A stretch of DNA of 64,000 nt, from the NCBI GenBank assembly GCA_015065445.1, contig SVQF01000001.1, forward strand, positions 37,199 to 101,198, written 5' to 3'. Both the position numbers and the translations under genes were made by a program. Shown piece by piece: positions 36,731 through 46,284 of this stretch (position 1 is its first letter; every line of letters starts with the position of its first letter). The notes under the pieces were generated by a model that ran no database searches, was not told the DNA's origin, and was given only the letters and a program-made list of their open reading frames with translations. Source of the DNA: Oscillospiraceae bacterium (lineage in GTDB: Bacteria; Bacillota; Clostridia; Oscillospirales; Acutalibacteraceae).

Positions 36731-37612
36731 ATGCAAAGTAATGATTTTTATAAAGCTTTAAAGGACAGACTCAAAGAAAAAATTAGTCCTACTGCATATA
36801 TGATTTGGGTTCAGCCAATATCATTGTATCTTTCAAATGGTATATTGGAGATTTCCTGTAATTCAAAACTAAGATGTGATGTTGTGAAAAATGAATACGG
36901 AGAGTTTATTAAGGCTTTTTCAAAAGATTTGCTAGGATTTGATGTAATATTGACTTTTCATGTTACAGATGATAAGGAGCAAGAATATTTTGAAGAGGAT
37001 GATATAGATAATACACCTGTCTGTGAATTCAAGAAATCCGACGACGAAATATCAAGAGATATTAAATTAGAAATAAGCAAACACATTTCGCTAAAAGCAT
37101 ATAACGAATGGATAAAAGATGCCGACTTAAAAGCATTTGAAGACTTTGATGGTAGAATAGTAAAAATACACTTTTGCTTTTCAAACGAATTTAAGGCGAA
37201 TATTGCCTCGCATTTTTATAAAAAAATAAGGGCTTCGGTAAATGCGGTGATTCAACCAGTCAACGAGATTAAAATAGTATATGGTTATTATAGCGAAAAT
37301 GGTGCTATTATTGATATTGACTTTCATCTCGAAGAAATCGAAAAAGAAGGCGTTATACTTCACTATGCATTGAATTACATAAAAGAGGTTTACAAATATT
37401 CCATTGACCCCTTTGTATACGATTTGCTCTTCAAGGAAATAAAAATACACAAGATAGATAATGATATCATTTATCTTAATTTAGAACACAAATTTCTCTG
37501 CGAAACCTTACAAAACAATTACAGCAAAGAGCTAATTGAGGCTTTCAGTGAAGCGATGAACGCAGATGTTACGATACGATATACAGTGGATGGTGATGAC
37601 TATACGCATTAA
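36731..37612 (+). CDS. Protein with three DnaA N-terminal-domain-like repeats
   Basis: Three segments match the pattern ..Y..W[IV]....L......I.[IL]......F....[IL]...Y...I (residues about 1-78, 110-185 and 215-285). Confidence 0.45.
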   Translation: MQSNDFYKALKDRLKEKISPTAYMIWVQPISLYLSNGILEISCNSKLRCDVVKNEYGEFIKAFSKDLLGFDVILTFHVTDDKEQEYFEEDDIDNTPVCEFKKSDDEISRDIKLEISKHISLKAYNEWIKDADLKAFEDFDGRIVKIHFCFSNEFKANIASHFYKKIRASVNAVIQPVNEIKIVYGYYSENGAIIDIDFHLEEIEKEGVILHYALNYIKEVYKYSIDPFVYDLLFKEIKIHKIDNDIIYLNLEHKFLCETLQNNYSKELIEAFSEAMNADVTIRYTVDGDDYTH

Positions 37613-37710
37613 ATAAAACAGGTTTAATGTTGATTTTTGTGAATCAACTATTTATAATGAAAATGAAACACTGATTTATGAACACTATCACCATTAAAGG
37701 AGGAATCATT

Positions 37711-37977
37711 TTGAGCGAAGAAAACACTTTTACAATTTTAGGCGAGGACGGAGAAGAGATTAAGTGCGAAGTCTTGTTTACATACGAAGACGAAGACACT
37801 GGAAAAAACTTCATTGCTTATACGGATAATACTTTAGATGACGAAGGCAACACTAAAGTATTTGCAAGCTCGTTCGATCCAGAAGAAGAAAATCCAATTC
37901 TTTTTCCTATTGAGGATGACGACGAATGGGCTAAAATTGAGGCGATTCTGGACTCACTGACAAACGATAATGAATAG
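37711..37977 (+). CDS. DUF1292-family protein
   Basis: FTILGEDGEEIKCEVLFTYEDEDTGKNFIAYTD...DDDEW is classic DUF1292. TTG start lies 7 nt after AAAGGAGG. Confidence 0.7.
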   Translation: MSEENTFTILGEDGEEIKCEVLFTYEDEDTGKNFIAYTDNTLDDEGNTKVFASSFDPEEENPILFPIEDDDEWAKIEAILDSLTNDNE

Positions 37978-38025
37978 TATTGTCGCTGAACTCTAAATAC
38001 ATTCATAACAGAATACATATATAAG

Positions 38026-38060
38026 CCTCTTACTTTAACTTAGTGAGAGGTTTATTTTAT
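38026..38060 (+). terminator. Intrinsic terminator
   Basis: cctcttact / agtgagagg stem followed by a T-rich tract. Confidence 0.55.
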
Positions 38061-38165
38061 GAGCAAAAAGTACAACAAATTGGGCTGTAAATATAAAAGC
38101 ATTGTATTAAATATTTAATTTTGTTATAATATAAGACATAAATTATCATACAAAGAGGTTTTGAT

Positions 38166-39740
38166 ATGCCTACATTAAATTGGATTGGAAAAGATAAGGT
38201 TATTAATCATCATCACGATGTGCCGTATCATGTGCTTGAAAGACAATATAGTTTTGATGAGAACGGACAACACGAAGAAGATAACGGGAGCGAAAATATG
38301 ATTATTCACGGTGACAACCTTGTCGCCTTAAAATCGTTGCTTCCTAAATATGAAGGCAAAATTAAGTGCATTTACATAGATCCCCCTTATAACACCGGTA
38401 ATGAGGGATGGGTTTACAATGACAATGTTAATGATCCAAAAATCAAAAAATGGCTTGGCGAGGTTGTAGGTAGTGAAGGCGAAGATTTGTCAAGGCACGA
38501 TAAATGGCTTTGTATGATGTATCCTCGTCTTAAATTATTACACAAATTGCTTGCAGATGACGGAGCTATTTTCATTAGTATTGATGACAATGAGCAAGCA
38601 AATTTAAAGTTGATTTGCGATGAAATATTTGGAACTACAAATTTTATAGCAAATATTGTATGGAAGAAAAAAACTAATGGAAATAATATGGGATATATTC
38701 CTGCCGTACATGATTTTGTTGTTTGTTACTGTAAAAATATTAATAAATTATCGTTCAAAGGCTTACCGCTTTCTGAGGAATACTTAAAAAATAAATATTC
38801 AAATCCCGATAATGACCCGAGAGGTGCGTGGACTACAACAGATTTATCTGCCAATCATAAGGGTCCTTACTTCAAAATAATAAATCCCAATAATGGGCAA
38901 GAATACTATCCCCCAGAGGGAAGATATTGGGTGTTTAATGAGGACGAAGTTCTCAAAAGAATAGACGATGGAAGAATTATTTTTGGTAAAAGTGGAAACA
39001 CACGACCGGTTCAAAAGGTATTTGCATCAAATAGGGACCTAACCCAAAAGCCAGAGACTTGGTTTGATAAACAAGGTTATAATAGCGATGGCATGTTAAC
39101 AATGGCTGCATTGTTAGGAAAAAAAGTTTTTGATTACCCAAAACCAATTCAACTAATTGAATATATCTTACGATTTGCAACAGAAAACAATTCAATAGTT
39201 CTTGATTCGTTTGGAGGCTCGGGAACCACAGCACATTCTGTTATTGATTTGAATAAAAGAGATGGTGGTAACAGAAAGTTTATTTGTGTAGAGTTAATGG
39301 ATTATGCGGATACAATAACAGCAGAAAGAGTTAAGAGAGTTATCAAAGGCTACGGCGAAGGCAAAAACGCTGTTGAAGGCACAAGTGGCAGTTTCAGTTT
39401 TTATGAACTTGGAGAACCATTGTTAATTGGCGAAAATCTCAATGAAAACATAGGAACTGATAAGATTAAAGAATACATCTGGTACACCGAAACAAAAGCC
39501 GATTACCAAGAAAATGATAATGGAAACGAGTTTTATCTTGGAAGAAATAATGACACAGATTATTATTTCTTCTATAACAAAAACTGTGTAACAACGCTTG
39601 ACCACACATTCCTTGCAACAATAAAGCAAAAGGCAGAGGGATATGTGATTTATGCTGATTTGTGTTCTCTTTCGGATGATGAACTATCAAAGTTTAACAT
39701 CATCTTTAAGAAGATACCGAGAGATATTACAAGGTTTTAA
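38166..39740 (+). CDS. mod: Type III restriction-modification methyltransferase (Mod)
   Basis: IIHGDNL, motif IV DPPYNTG and motif I DSFGGSGTTAH. The size and gene order with Res fit a Type III system. Confidence 0.9.
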   Translation: MPTLNWIGKDKVINHHHDVPYHVLERQYSFDENGQHEEDNGSENMIIHGDNLVALKSLLPKYEGKIKCIYIDPPYNTGNEGWVYNDNVNDPKIKKWLGEVVGSEGEDLSRHDKWLCMMYPRLKLLHKLLADDGAIFISIDDNEQANLKLICDEIFGTTNFIANIVWKKKTNGNNMGYIPAVHDFVVCYCKNINKLSFKGLPLSEEYLKNKYSNPDNDPRGAWTTTDLSANHKGPYFKIINPNNGQEYYPPEGRYWVFNEDEVLKRIDDGRIIFGKSGNTRPVQKVFASNRDLTQKPETWFDKQGYNSDGMLTMAALLGKKVFDYPKPIQLIEYILRFATENNSIVLDSFGGSGTTAHSVIDLNKRDGGNRKFICVELMDYADTITAERVKRVIKGYGEGKNAVEGTSGSFSFYELGEPLLIGENLNENIGTDKIKEYIWYTETKADYQENDNGNEFYLGRNNDTDYYFFYNKNCVTTLDHTFLATIKQKAEGYVIYADLCSLSDDELSKFNIIFKKIPRDITRF

Positions 39741-39752
39741 GGAGGACTGAAT

Positions 39753-42377
39753 ATGGAACTGAAAAATTATCAGAAAAATGTTATCAAAGATTTAGTCCGC
39801 TATCTTGAACTCTTGTCAACAGAAAAAGATATATCTAAGGCATATAAGAAGCTTTGGAATGATAAAGGCGTTAATGTTGGCTTCGGTGGTATGCAAAACT
39901 ATAAGTGCAAATTGCCGGGTGTTCCAGAAGTTTGCTTTAAGGTACCGACAGGTGGTGGAAAAACTTTTCTTGCTGCCAATTCGGTTAAACCAATTTTTGA
40001 TGCTATTCCGTCACTTAGGTCTAACGCAGTAGTATGGCTTGTGCCTTCCGATGCTATTTTGACCCAAACATACAATGCTCTATCTAATCCGCAACATCCA
40101 TACAGACAAAAGTTAGATGTTGATTTTGGTTCAAGAGTTGAAGTGTATTCAAAAAATCAGCTTTTAAGCGGACAAAACTTTAACCCAACTACTGTTACAG
40201 AACAATTATCTGTTTTTGTACTGAGTTATGATTCTTTCAGAACAAGCAAAAAAGACGGAAGAAAAGCATATCAGGAAAACGGAAATCTTGAACCTTTTGC
40301 ACGACAAATTGAGGATAGAAGCGTACTGCTTGAAGACACGGATGATACAGCACTTATTCAGGTAATCAGAACGCTTAATCCACTTGTAATTGTGGATGAG
40401 AGTCATCATGCAACATCACAGTTAAGCAAGGAAATGCTTGAAAACTTTAATCCTTGTTTTGTACTTGATTTAACTGCTACACCGCATAAGGATAGTAATA
40501 TAATTTCTTTTGTTGACGCTGCACAGCTCAAAAAAGAAAACATGGTTAAATTGCCTGTTATCGTATATAACCGTAAATCACAAAATGATGTTTTTGTTGA
40601 TGCTCTTACAATTCGTCAAAAACTTGAAATGCAGGCAAAGGTGCTTGAGGAAAAAGGTGGGAATTACATAAGACCTATCGTACTGTTTCAGGCTCAACCA
40701 AAAAACAATAAAGACAGTACAACTTATGAAAAAATCAAGCAAACACTTGTTGATTGCGGTGTCCCTGAAAACGAAATTGCAATCAAGACTGCTGATAAAG
40801 ATGAACTTAAAAATGTTGACCTTATGTCCCGTGATTGTAAAATCAGGTACATAATAACCGTTAACGCTCTTAAAGAAGGTTGGGACTGCCCGTTTGCTTA
40901 TATTCTTGCTACTGTTGCAAACAGGACTTCGTCAGTTGATGTTGAACAAATACTCGGCAGAGTGCTTCGTTTACCTTATACAAAAAGGAATGAAAGCAAT
41001 GTGCTTAATCTATCTTATGTTCTAACTTCCTCGTCAGATTTTGGAAACACTCTTGAAAATGTCGTTAAAGGTTTGAACAATGCCGGATTTTCTGATAAAG
41101 ACTGCAGAGCAGAGGAACCAGAAGAAACAGTTGTTGACATTCCCGAACAGACAGTTATTGAACCCCACACCGAACCAGACGAGAAAACACCTGAAGAAGA
41201 TGTTCCAAAGGTTGATACAACATTTATCAGAAACAAATTCCGTTCAGCTGTAGAGTCTGATGGAGATGTTCCCAATATTAAAGACGATGAATTGTTATCA
41301 TCTGCAGAAGAGCAAGGAAATGCTTATGATGAAGCTCTTAACAACTATGAGGAAACCGATTATACAGATGCACCTACGGAGGTTAGAGATAAGATGAATG
41401 TCTTTAGAATGAATGAAAAGTATAAAGATGAAGCATCCGAACTCCGTTTGCCTCAATTTATGCTTAAAATTAGTGCTTCGCTGTTTTCTGATGCCCAGTA
41501 TGTTCCATTAACAAAAGAACATTTATCAGAAGGCTTTACTCTTAAAGATAAAGATTGCAGCATTGATTTCAATTCAATGGAAACAGAAATGGCAAGAGTT
41601 GATGTTCAAGATGATGAATCAATGAAGCCTAAAATAATGAAGCTTGACAGCGACAATACTGCTTATTTCAAGGAATGGTTTAATGCTCAACCTGATGAAA
41701 GAAGATTATCCATCTGTAAGGGAATGATAAAGAAGCAGTTATCTAAGTTGAATGAAGTAAACGATAACGAGCTCAGCGAGTATATTGACAGAGTTATCGC
41801 TACTCTTGACGAAGATAGGCTCAGTGATTTAGAGCAATCACCATATCCATATATCAGCAAGATAAAAGAAAAAGTGAATGCTCTGCTTGACGAACATAGA
41901 TCAAAGAAGTTTGATTTATGGGTTGAACAAGGAAAAATCTCTTGTCAACCGAATTATCAATTGCTTTCAAGTATTTCGCCGACCACTGCTACTGACAGTT
42001 ATGCTCATTCGCTTTATACAAGTGAAGAAGGCAATATGAACGAGTATGAAAAGAAAATGGTGCTTGAATTATCTTCTAATTCAAATATCAAGTGGTGGCA
42101 CAGGAATATTTCAAGAAAGGGTTTTAAGATAAACGGTCCGATTTATGCTTATCCGGACATTATTGCAATGACTAACAGCGGAAAAGTTTTGATGGTTGAA
42201 ACTAAAGGTGATCAGCTTGAAAATTCCGAATCAAAAAATAAAGCTCTGATAGGTCACAAATGGGATATGCTTTCAGGGACAGAGTGGAAGTATTATATGG
42301 TATTTGAACACAAAAATCCTGATTATGAAGGAGCTTGTTCGTTTGAAAGATTTATTGAAATAATCAAAGATATATAA
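39753..42377 (+). CDS. res: Type III restriction endonuclease (Res), helicase-nuclease
   Basis: Motif I VPTGGGKT and motif II VDESHH. A C-terminal PD-(D/E)xK-like segment is present (YPDIIAMT..VETKG). It lies 12 nt downstream of mod. Confidence 0.88.
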   Translation: MELKNYQKNVIKDLVRYLELLSTEKDISKAYKKLWNDKGVNVGFGGMQNYKCKLPGVPEVCFKVPTGGGKTFLAANSVKPIFDAIPSLRSNAVVWLVPSDAILTQTYNALSNPQHPYRQKLDVDFGSRVEVYSKNQLLSGQNFNPTTVTEQLSVFVLSYDSFRTSKKDGRKAYQENGNLEPFARQIEDRSVLLEDTDDTALIQVIRTLNPLVIVDESHHATSQLSKEMLENFNPCFVLDLTATPHKDSNIISFVDAAQLKKENMVKLPVIVYNRKSQNDVFVDALTIRQKLEMQAKVLEEKGGNYIRPIVLFQAQPKNNKDSTTYEKIKQTLVDCGVPENEIAIKTADKDELKNVDLMSRDCKIRYIITVNALKEGWDCPFAYILATVANRTSSVDVEQILGRVLRLPYTKRNESNVLNLSYVLTSSSDFGNTLENVVKGLNNAGFSDKDCRAEEPEETVVDIPEQTVIEPHTEPDEKTPEEDVPKVDTTFIRNKFRSAVESDGDVPNIKDDELLSSAEEQGNAYDEALNNYEETDYTDAPTEVRDKMNVFRMNEKYKDEASELRLPQFMLKISASLFSDAQYVPLTKEHLSEGFTLKDKDCSIDFNSMETEMARVDVQDDESMKPKIMKLDSDNTAYFKEWFNAQPDERRLSICKGMIKKQLSKLNEVNDNELSEYIDRVIATLDEDRLSDLEQSPYPYISKIKEKVNALLDEHRSKKFDLWVEQGKISCQPNYQLLSSISPTTATDSYAHSLYTSEEGNMNEYEKKMVLELSSNSNIKWWHRNISRKGFKINGPIYAYPDIIAMTNSGKVLMVETKGDQLENSESKNKALIGHKWDMLSGTEWKYYMVFEHKNPDYEGACSFERFIEIIKDI

Positions 42378-42387
42378 GTGTTGCAAT

Positions 42388-42428
42388 AAGCAAGGCACAG
42401 GTTGTTATCTGTGCCTTGCTTTATTTCA
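42388..42428 (+). terminator. Intrinsic terminator after res
   Basis: aagcaaggcacag / ctgtgccttgctt form a 13-bp stem followed by a T-rich tail. Confidence 0.75.
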
Positions 42429-42550
42429 ATTATCATCATATTATTAAGAATAAAATCTTTTATTATACCACAATTTATGCTATAAGTCATTACATTAAAC
42501 AGGCATAGTCCCATATTTAGTACACATAAACACGATTTTGAAAATCTATG

Positions 42551-42579
42551 TTGACTTTGCAATTTTGAAGTGATATAGT
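42551..42579 (+). promoter_or_regulatory. Candidate sigma-A promoter of the LexA-like/ImmA module
   Basis: TTGACT (42551-42556), a 17-nt spacer, then TATAGT (42574-42579). Confidence 0.55.
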
Positions 42580-42633
42580 TTGCTTACACCGATAAAAGAA
42601 ACGCACCGTTTCCGATAGAATTGAGGTTGGTTT

Positions 42634-43236
42634 ATGAGAAGCAAAGATCCGGTTTTGATGGAAGAGATTAAACTTTTTGCAGAGCAATATATGATTGCTA
42701 ACGGCAAGAGCCCGTCAACCTCCAAAATTGGAGAAGAGTTTGGTATTGCAAAAGGAACTGCGTACAAATATCTGGTTGAAATGAGAAAGCTCAATATGAT
42801 TAGATATGAAAACGGAGTTATTTCCACTCCTATTACTGAAAAATGCAACACCAAGCACTCAACAGCGGCGTTAGTAGGCGAAATACTATGTGGAACACCG
42901 CAGGAGGAAACTGAAGAAGTAGAAGAATTCATAAATCTACCCAATTCATTATTCGGTGAGGGACCATTTTACTTGTTGAGAGCCAAAGGCGATTCTATGA
43001 TAGAAGTCGGAATTAACAGCGGTGATTTGCTTGTTATTAAACAGCAGAATTTTGCTAAAGACGGCGACATAGTGGTTGCACTGACTCCTGAGAATGAAAA
43101 CACGCTAAAAAGGTTCTATCAAGACAAGAAAAACCACAAAATCATACTGCATCCTGAAAACTCTTTTCTTGATGATATGACATTTGATAGTGTTAAAATC
43201 CAAGGGGTGCTGAAGAATGTTATTAAATTCTATTGA
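42634..43236 (+). CDS. LexA-like repressor (HTH plus S24 autopeptidase)
   Basis: N-terminal HTH (IGEEFGIAKGTAYKYL) and a C-terminal AKGDSM Ser motif with a downstream Lys (TLKRF). Confidence 0.8.
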   Translation: MRSKDPVLMEEIKLFAEQYMIANGKSPSTSKIGEEFGIAKGTAYKYLVEMRKLNMIRYENGVISTPITEKCNTKHSTAALVGEILCGTPQEETEEVEEFINLPNSLFGEGPFYLLRAKGDSMIEVGINSGDLLVIKQQNFAKDGDIVVALTPENENTLKRFYQDKKNHKIILHPENSFLDDMTFDSVKIQGVLKNVIKFY

Positions 43237-43244
43237 GGGTTGAA

Positions 43245-43445
43245 ATGACAAGATTAAGAAAGCCAAATTTATGCTGCCCAAACTGTAACACCATTCTGCT
43301 AAAACTCAGAACGCCAGAATTAAAGAAAGTATATAAGCTAAAAGAGTACAATGAGCAGGACAGCGATTATGACACAATCGTGTACTGTAGGGGTTGCAAA
43401 AAGCACTATTCCGTACATACAACGAACGATAACAAAACTGCATAA
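43245..43445 (+). CDS. Com/Cys-rich-KTR-like zinc-ribbon protein
   Basis: CCPNC ... CRGCKK. Confidence 0.45.
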   Translation: MTRLRKPNLCCPNCNTILLKLRTPELKKVYKLKEYNEQDSDYDTIVYCRGCKKHYSVHTTNDNKTA

Positions 43446-43552
43446 GGCGTAGAGAAATACATCCACGCATCCGTGAATATGCGAATAATGGGTTGGTATT
43501 CAATGTCAGACAATACTGATATTATTTACCAACCCTTTTATTTTTTAGTGAG

Positions 43553-44290
43553 GTGATTGAATTGTCAAAAGTATTAATGTCAAACGAAGAAATCGAAGAA
43601 CTTGCCGAAACTATGATTACAGATTACATAGGCAGTGACAGCGAATGGATTCTTGTATATTTTGATATTGAGCTCTTTATCAGTGAATATTTGGGACTCA
43701 ATATAGTAGAAGCTGAATTTGCCGAGAATGACTTTAATAAAGTGGGGTTCTTTTCTGATGGGATAAGACCACTGAAGGTTTATCAAAACGGTAAAATTGT
43801 TTCCGTACGCTACCCAAAGAATACAGTTGTTATTGATCCAAGAGTTAAGGAAACAACGGGTACGGGAAGCTATCGATTCACTCTTGCACACGAAGCAGCA
43901 CATTATATTTTGGATAAGGTATCCGGACAAAAGCTAAACGCAAGCTTCAAAACAGAATATGATAATGAAAAGACCTATAAGATTGAAGAACTTAAAGACT
44001 TCTTGACGGCAAAGGAATGGCTTGCTGACAAACTTGCTGCAGCCATTCTAATGCCAAGATATGCACTCGAGGAACTGGTTTTTGATACATTCAAATCAAA
44101 GCGAGTTAAAATATACGGAAACTCTTTGTTTGAAAACTCTGACAGTGAAAAAATCAATGTTCTTGCAAAAAAGCTCGGCGTTTCACGCCAAGCTTTGTTA
44201 ATCAGATTAAGAACTCTTAAGCTCTATGAAAATCATCCTGCTAATGAATATCTGAAAATACTGAATATCGGAGGCACAAGCAATGCGTAG
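43553..44290 (+). CDS. ImmA/IrrE-family metallopeptidase
   Basis: FTLAHEAAHYIL (HExxH) in a DUF955-like context. Confidence 0.8.
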   Translation: MIELSKVLMSNEEIEELAETMITDYIGSDSEWILVYFDIELFISEYLGLNIVEAEFAENDFNKVGFFSDGIRPLKVYQNGKIVSVRYPKNTVVIDPRVKETTGTGSYRFTLAHEAAHYILDKVSGQKLNASFKTEYDNEKTYKIEELKDFLTAKEWLADKLAAAILMPRYALEELVFDTFKSKRVKIYGNSLFENSDSEKINVLAKKLGVSRQALLIRLRTLKLYENHPANEYLKILNIGGTSNA

Positions 44291-44522
44291 CTTTATGACT
44301 CCTGAAAAAGAAAGATTACTTCTTCTTTCATTTGAAGAAGTTCAAGACCTTAAAAAGCGACCTTTGAAATGTCCCGAATGTCAATTTACTATTCAGTACA
44401 TATATGAGGACGCAAGAGGTCATGTTTCCGTCAAGTGTAAAAAATGCGGCGGAACATATATCGTAGATATGGAAAAATTTAGAACCTTAAAGATACCCAA
44501 AAGGTACTATATTAGCAAATAA
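44283..44522 (+). CDS. Com/Cys-rich-KTR-like zinc-ribbon protein
   Basis: CPECQF...CKKCG. The start overlaps the ImmA stop by 8 nt, with GGAGG upstream. Confidence 0.5.
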   Translation: MRSFMTPEKERLLLLSFEEVQDLKKRPLKCPECQFTIQYIYEDARGHVSVKCKKCGGTYIVDMEKFRTLKIPKRYYISK

Positions 44523-44531
44523 AGATTGAAT

Positions 44532-44936
44532 TTATTGAAGTCTTATCTTGTTAAAGACTTCGTTAAAATCGTGTTTTGCACCGCCAAAGTCTGGCCATGT
44601 ATTAACCCCGTCTCCGTTTTTTCGGGGAATAAGATGCTAATGAAAATGTGGCACTGATTGTCCGGCGCTTTCGTCACTGGCGTTCAAAATATTCACGCCA
44701 TCATAACCACAATCGTTTTTTAGGTGAGTACATATCATTTTTGTTGTTTCCATAATGCTGTTCATCGTATCTGTATCACAATCAAAGATGTTTTTATAAT
44801 GCTTTTTTGGAATAACCAAAATATGTCCGTCAACATCGTTGGCGTTAGACATAAATACATATGTATCATTGTTTTCAAATACTTTGAAACTCGGTTCTTC
44901 CCCAGCGATAATTTTACAAAAAATACAGTCAGACAT
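44532..44936 (-). pseudogene. HIT-family hydrolase interrupted by an amber codon inside the histidine triad
   Basis: The minus-strand translation reads ...SVPHFH-TAG-HLIPRKNGDG... The TAG is at 44637-44639, where the HxHxHxx motif needs a hydrophobic residue. The frame continues to TAA at 44532-44534. Confidence 0.75.
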
Positions 44937-44950
44937 TTTAATTTCCTTTC

Positions 44951-45436
44951 TTAAATCGAAACATATTTTTCAAGGCGAATTAAATACTGATTATCAGGCT
45001 CAGCAACACCGTTTTTATAAGTATATCCCATTTTTAAGTAAAAGGGCGTTGCTGTAATTGAGGCGGGTATTTCCACTCTTTTGGCTCTCAAGAAGTATTC
45101 ATCCTTTTCAAGAGTTTCAATTATTTTTCGTCCTACTCCCTGTCCCTGATAATCAGGCGATACAAATATCGTGAACAAACTACTTTCATCTTCTTTATCC
45201 CAATACGGACCGATTGCCCCACATCCAACAATCGTTTCATTCTCTTCTACCACATAGAAGTGAGTCCAGCTTGCTCGCTCCATTACATGTTCAGGAGTTT
45301 GCTGTTCAATGAGTTGTTTGATTACTTCTGAGGGATAATCTTTGGAATTGGAAATTTTCATAGTAGTTTTGATTAAGTTAGAAACATTTTCTGCATCAGA
45401 TTTTCTGAATCGTCTAATCATTATAGAGTTCTCCAC
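44951..45436 (-). CDS. GNAT-family N-acetyltransferase
   Basis: YQGQGVGRKIIE acetyl-CoA-binding motif. 161 aa. Confidence 0.85.
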   Translation of the reverse strand: MENSIMIRRFRKSDAENVSNLIKTTMKISNSKDYPSEVIKQLIEQQTPEHVMERASWTHFYVVEENETIVGCGAIGPYWDKEDESSLFTIFVSPDYQGQGVGRKIIETLEKDEYFLRAKRVEIPASITATPFYLKMGYTYKNGVAEPDNQYLIRLEKYVSI

Positions 45437-45522
45437 CGTTTTTGTTATATTGTCATTATAACATAATAACAGACCTAAAACAATATTATCAAAATCACAC
45501 TAAAAAAACTAAATAACTCGTA

Positions 45523-45680
45523 ATTGAGCAAGTGAAGGCAGCGTAACGCTGGATTTATCAAGTGCCGTGCGAAGTAAGATTAACCAATTTAAGGTTAATC
45601 TCTTTGACGGCACTTTTTTATTTGCTCAATACTTTGCACGACTGAGGTTCTTTCCCTTGCTTAAGGGAAGGAACCTTTTA
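45523..45680 (+). promoter_or_regulatory. Two consecutive terminator-like structures in the leader of the sigma gene (candidate attenuator)
   Basis: A nested inverted repeat spans 45523-45630 (attgagcaa/ttgctcaat, agtgccgt/acggcact, agattaacc/ggttaatct) and is followed by TTTTTT. A 14-bp hairpin at 45645-45676 is followed by TTTT. Confidence 0.45.
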
Positions 45681-45778
45681 TGCTATATAACCAATGGCAA
45701 TGCCAAATTGCTGAATATCCGTAATCTCCGAATTTTGAAGAGAAACCGAAATTCAAAATTCAAAGGAGATTACAACAA

Positions 45779-46195
45779 ATGAAATATGTATATCAGACTG
45801 TAACAGGACCCGAAACCATAGATGTCGATGAAAAGTGGGTAAAAATCCTCAAAGACCTTGATGCCGAAGAAGAAAGAAATAACCGAAAGGAAACTCGCAG
45901 GCATGTTTCACTTGAAAACCTTACATATGAAGGTGATTGGTTTGTTTTAGACGATGGCTTTGAGAAGAAAATGATTTCTGCAATTGATTTAAACAACGCT
46001 ATTTCAAGATTAACTGAGCGTCAGCAGTATCTAATCAAAAAAGTGTATTTTGAGGGTAAAACTTACTCTGAAATAGCCAGATTAGAAAACAAACACAAAT
46101 CATCAATAGCAGAATCGGTACAGTCAGCATTAAAAAAATTAAAAATTTTCTTAGTTGAACCCCGACAAACGCCTTCTCCCGTGGCTATATATTGA
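45779..46195 (+). CDS. Small sigma-70 region-4-type regulator (conjugative-transposon Orf7-like)
   Basis: LTERQQYLIKKVYFEGKTYSEIARLENKHKSSIAESVQSALKKLK is a sigma region 4 HTH. Confidence 0.7.
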   Translation: MKYVYQTVTGPETIDVDEKWVKILKDLDAEEERNNRKETRRHVSLENLTYEGDWFVLDDGFEKKMISAIDLNNAISRLTERQQYLIKKVYFEGKTYSEIARLENKHKSSIAESVQSALKKLKIFLVEPRQTPSPVAIY

Positions 46196-46284
46196 GAGGA
46201 CTTTTTAAGAACTCTCAATTGATGCTTGAAAATTGAATATACAGTTCATCGGTTACGTTATGTTCGATGCACTCTAAAATAGTG

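Noticed and set aside
38166-39740. Phase-variable simple-sequence repeat in the Type III mod gene
   Set aside because: Only short A7 runs are present. There are no tetra- or pentanucleotide repeat tracts of the kind found in phasevarion mod genes.
45567-45782. 71-aa ORF upstream of the sigma gene
   Set aside because: It runs straight through the two terminator-like hairpins, has no ribosome-binding site, and its translation looks non-protein-like.
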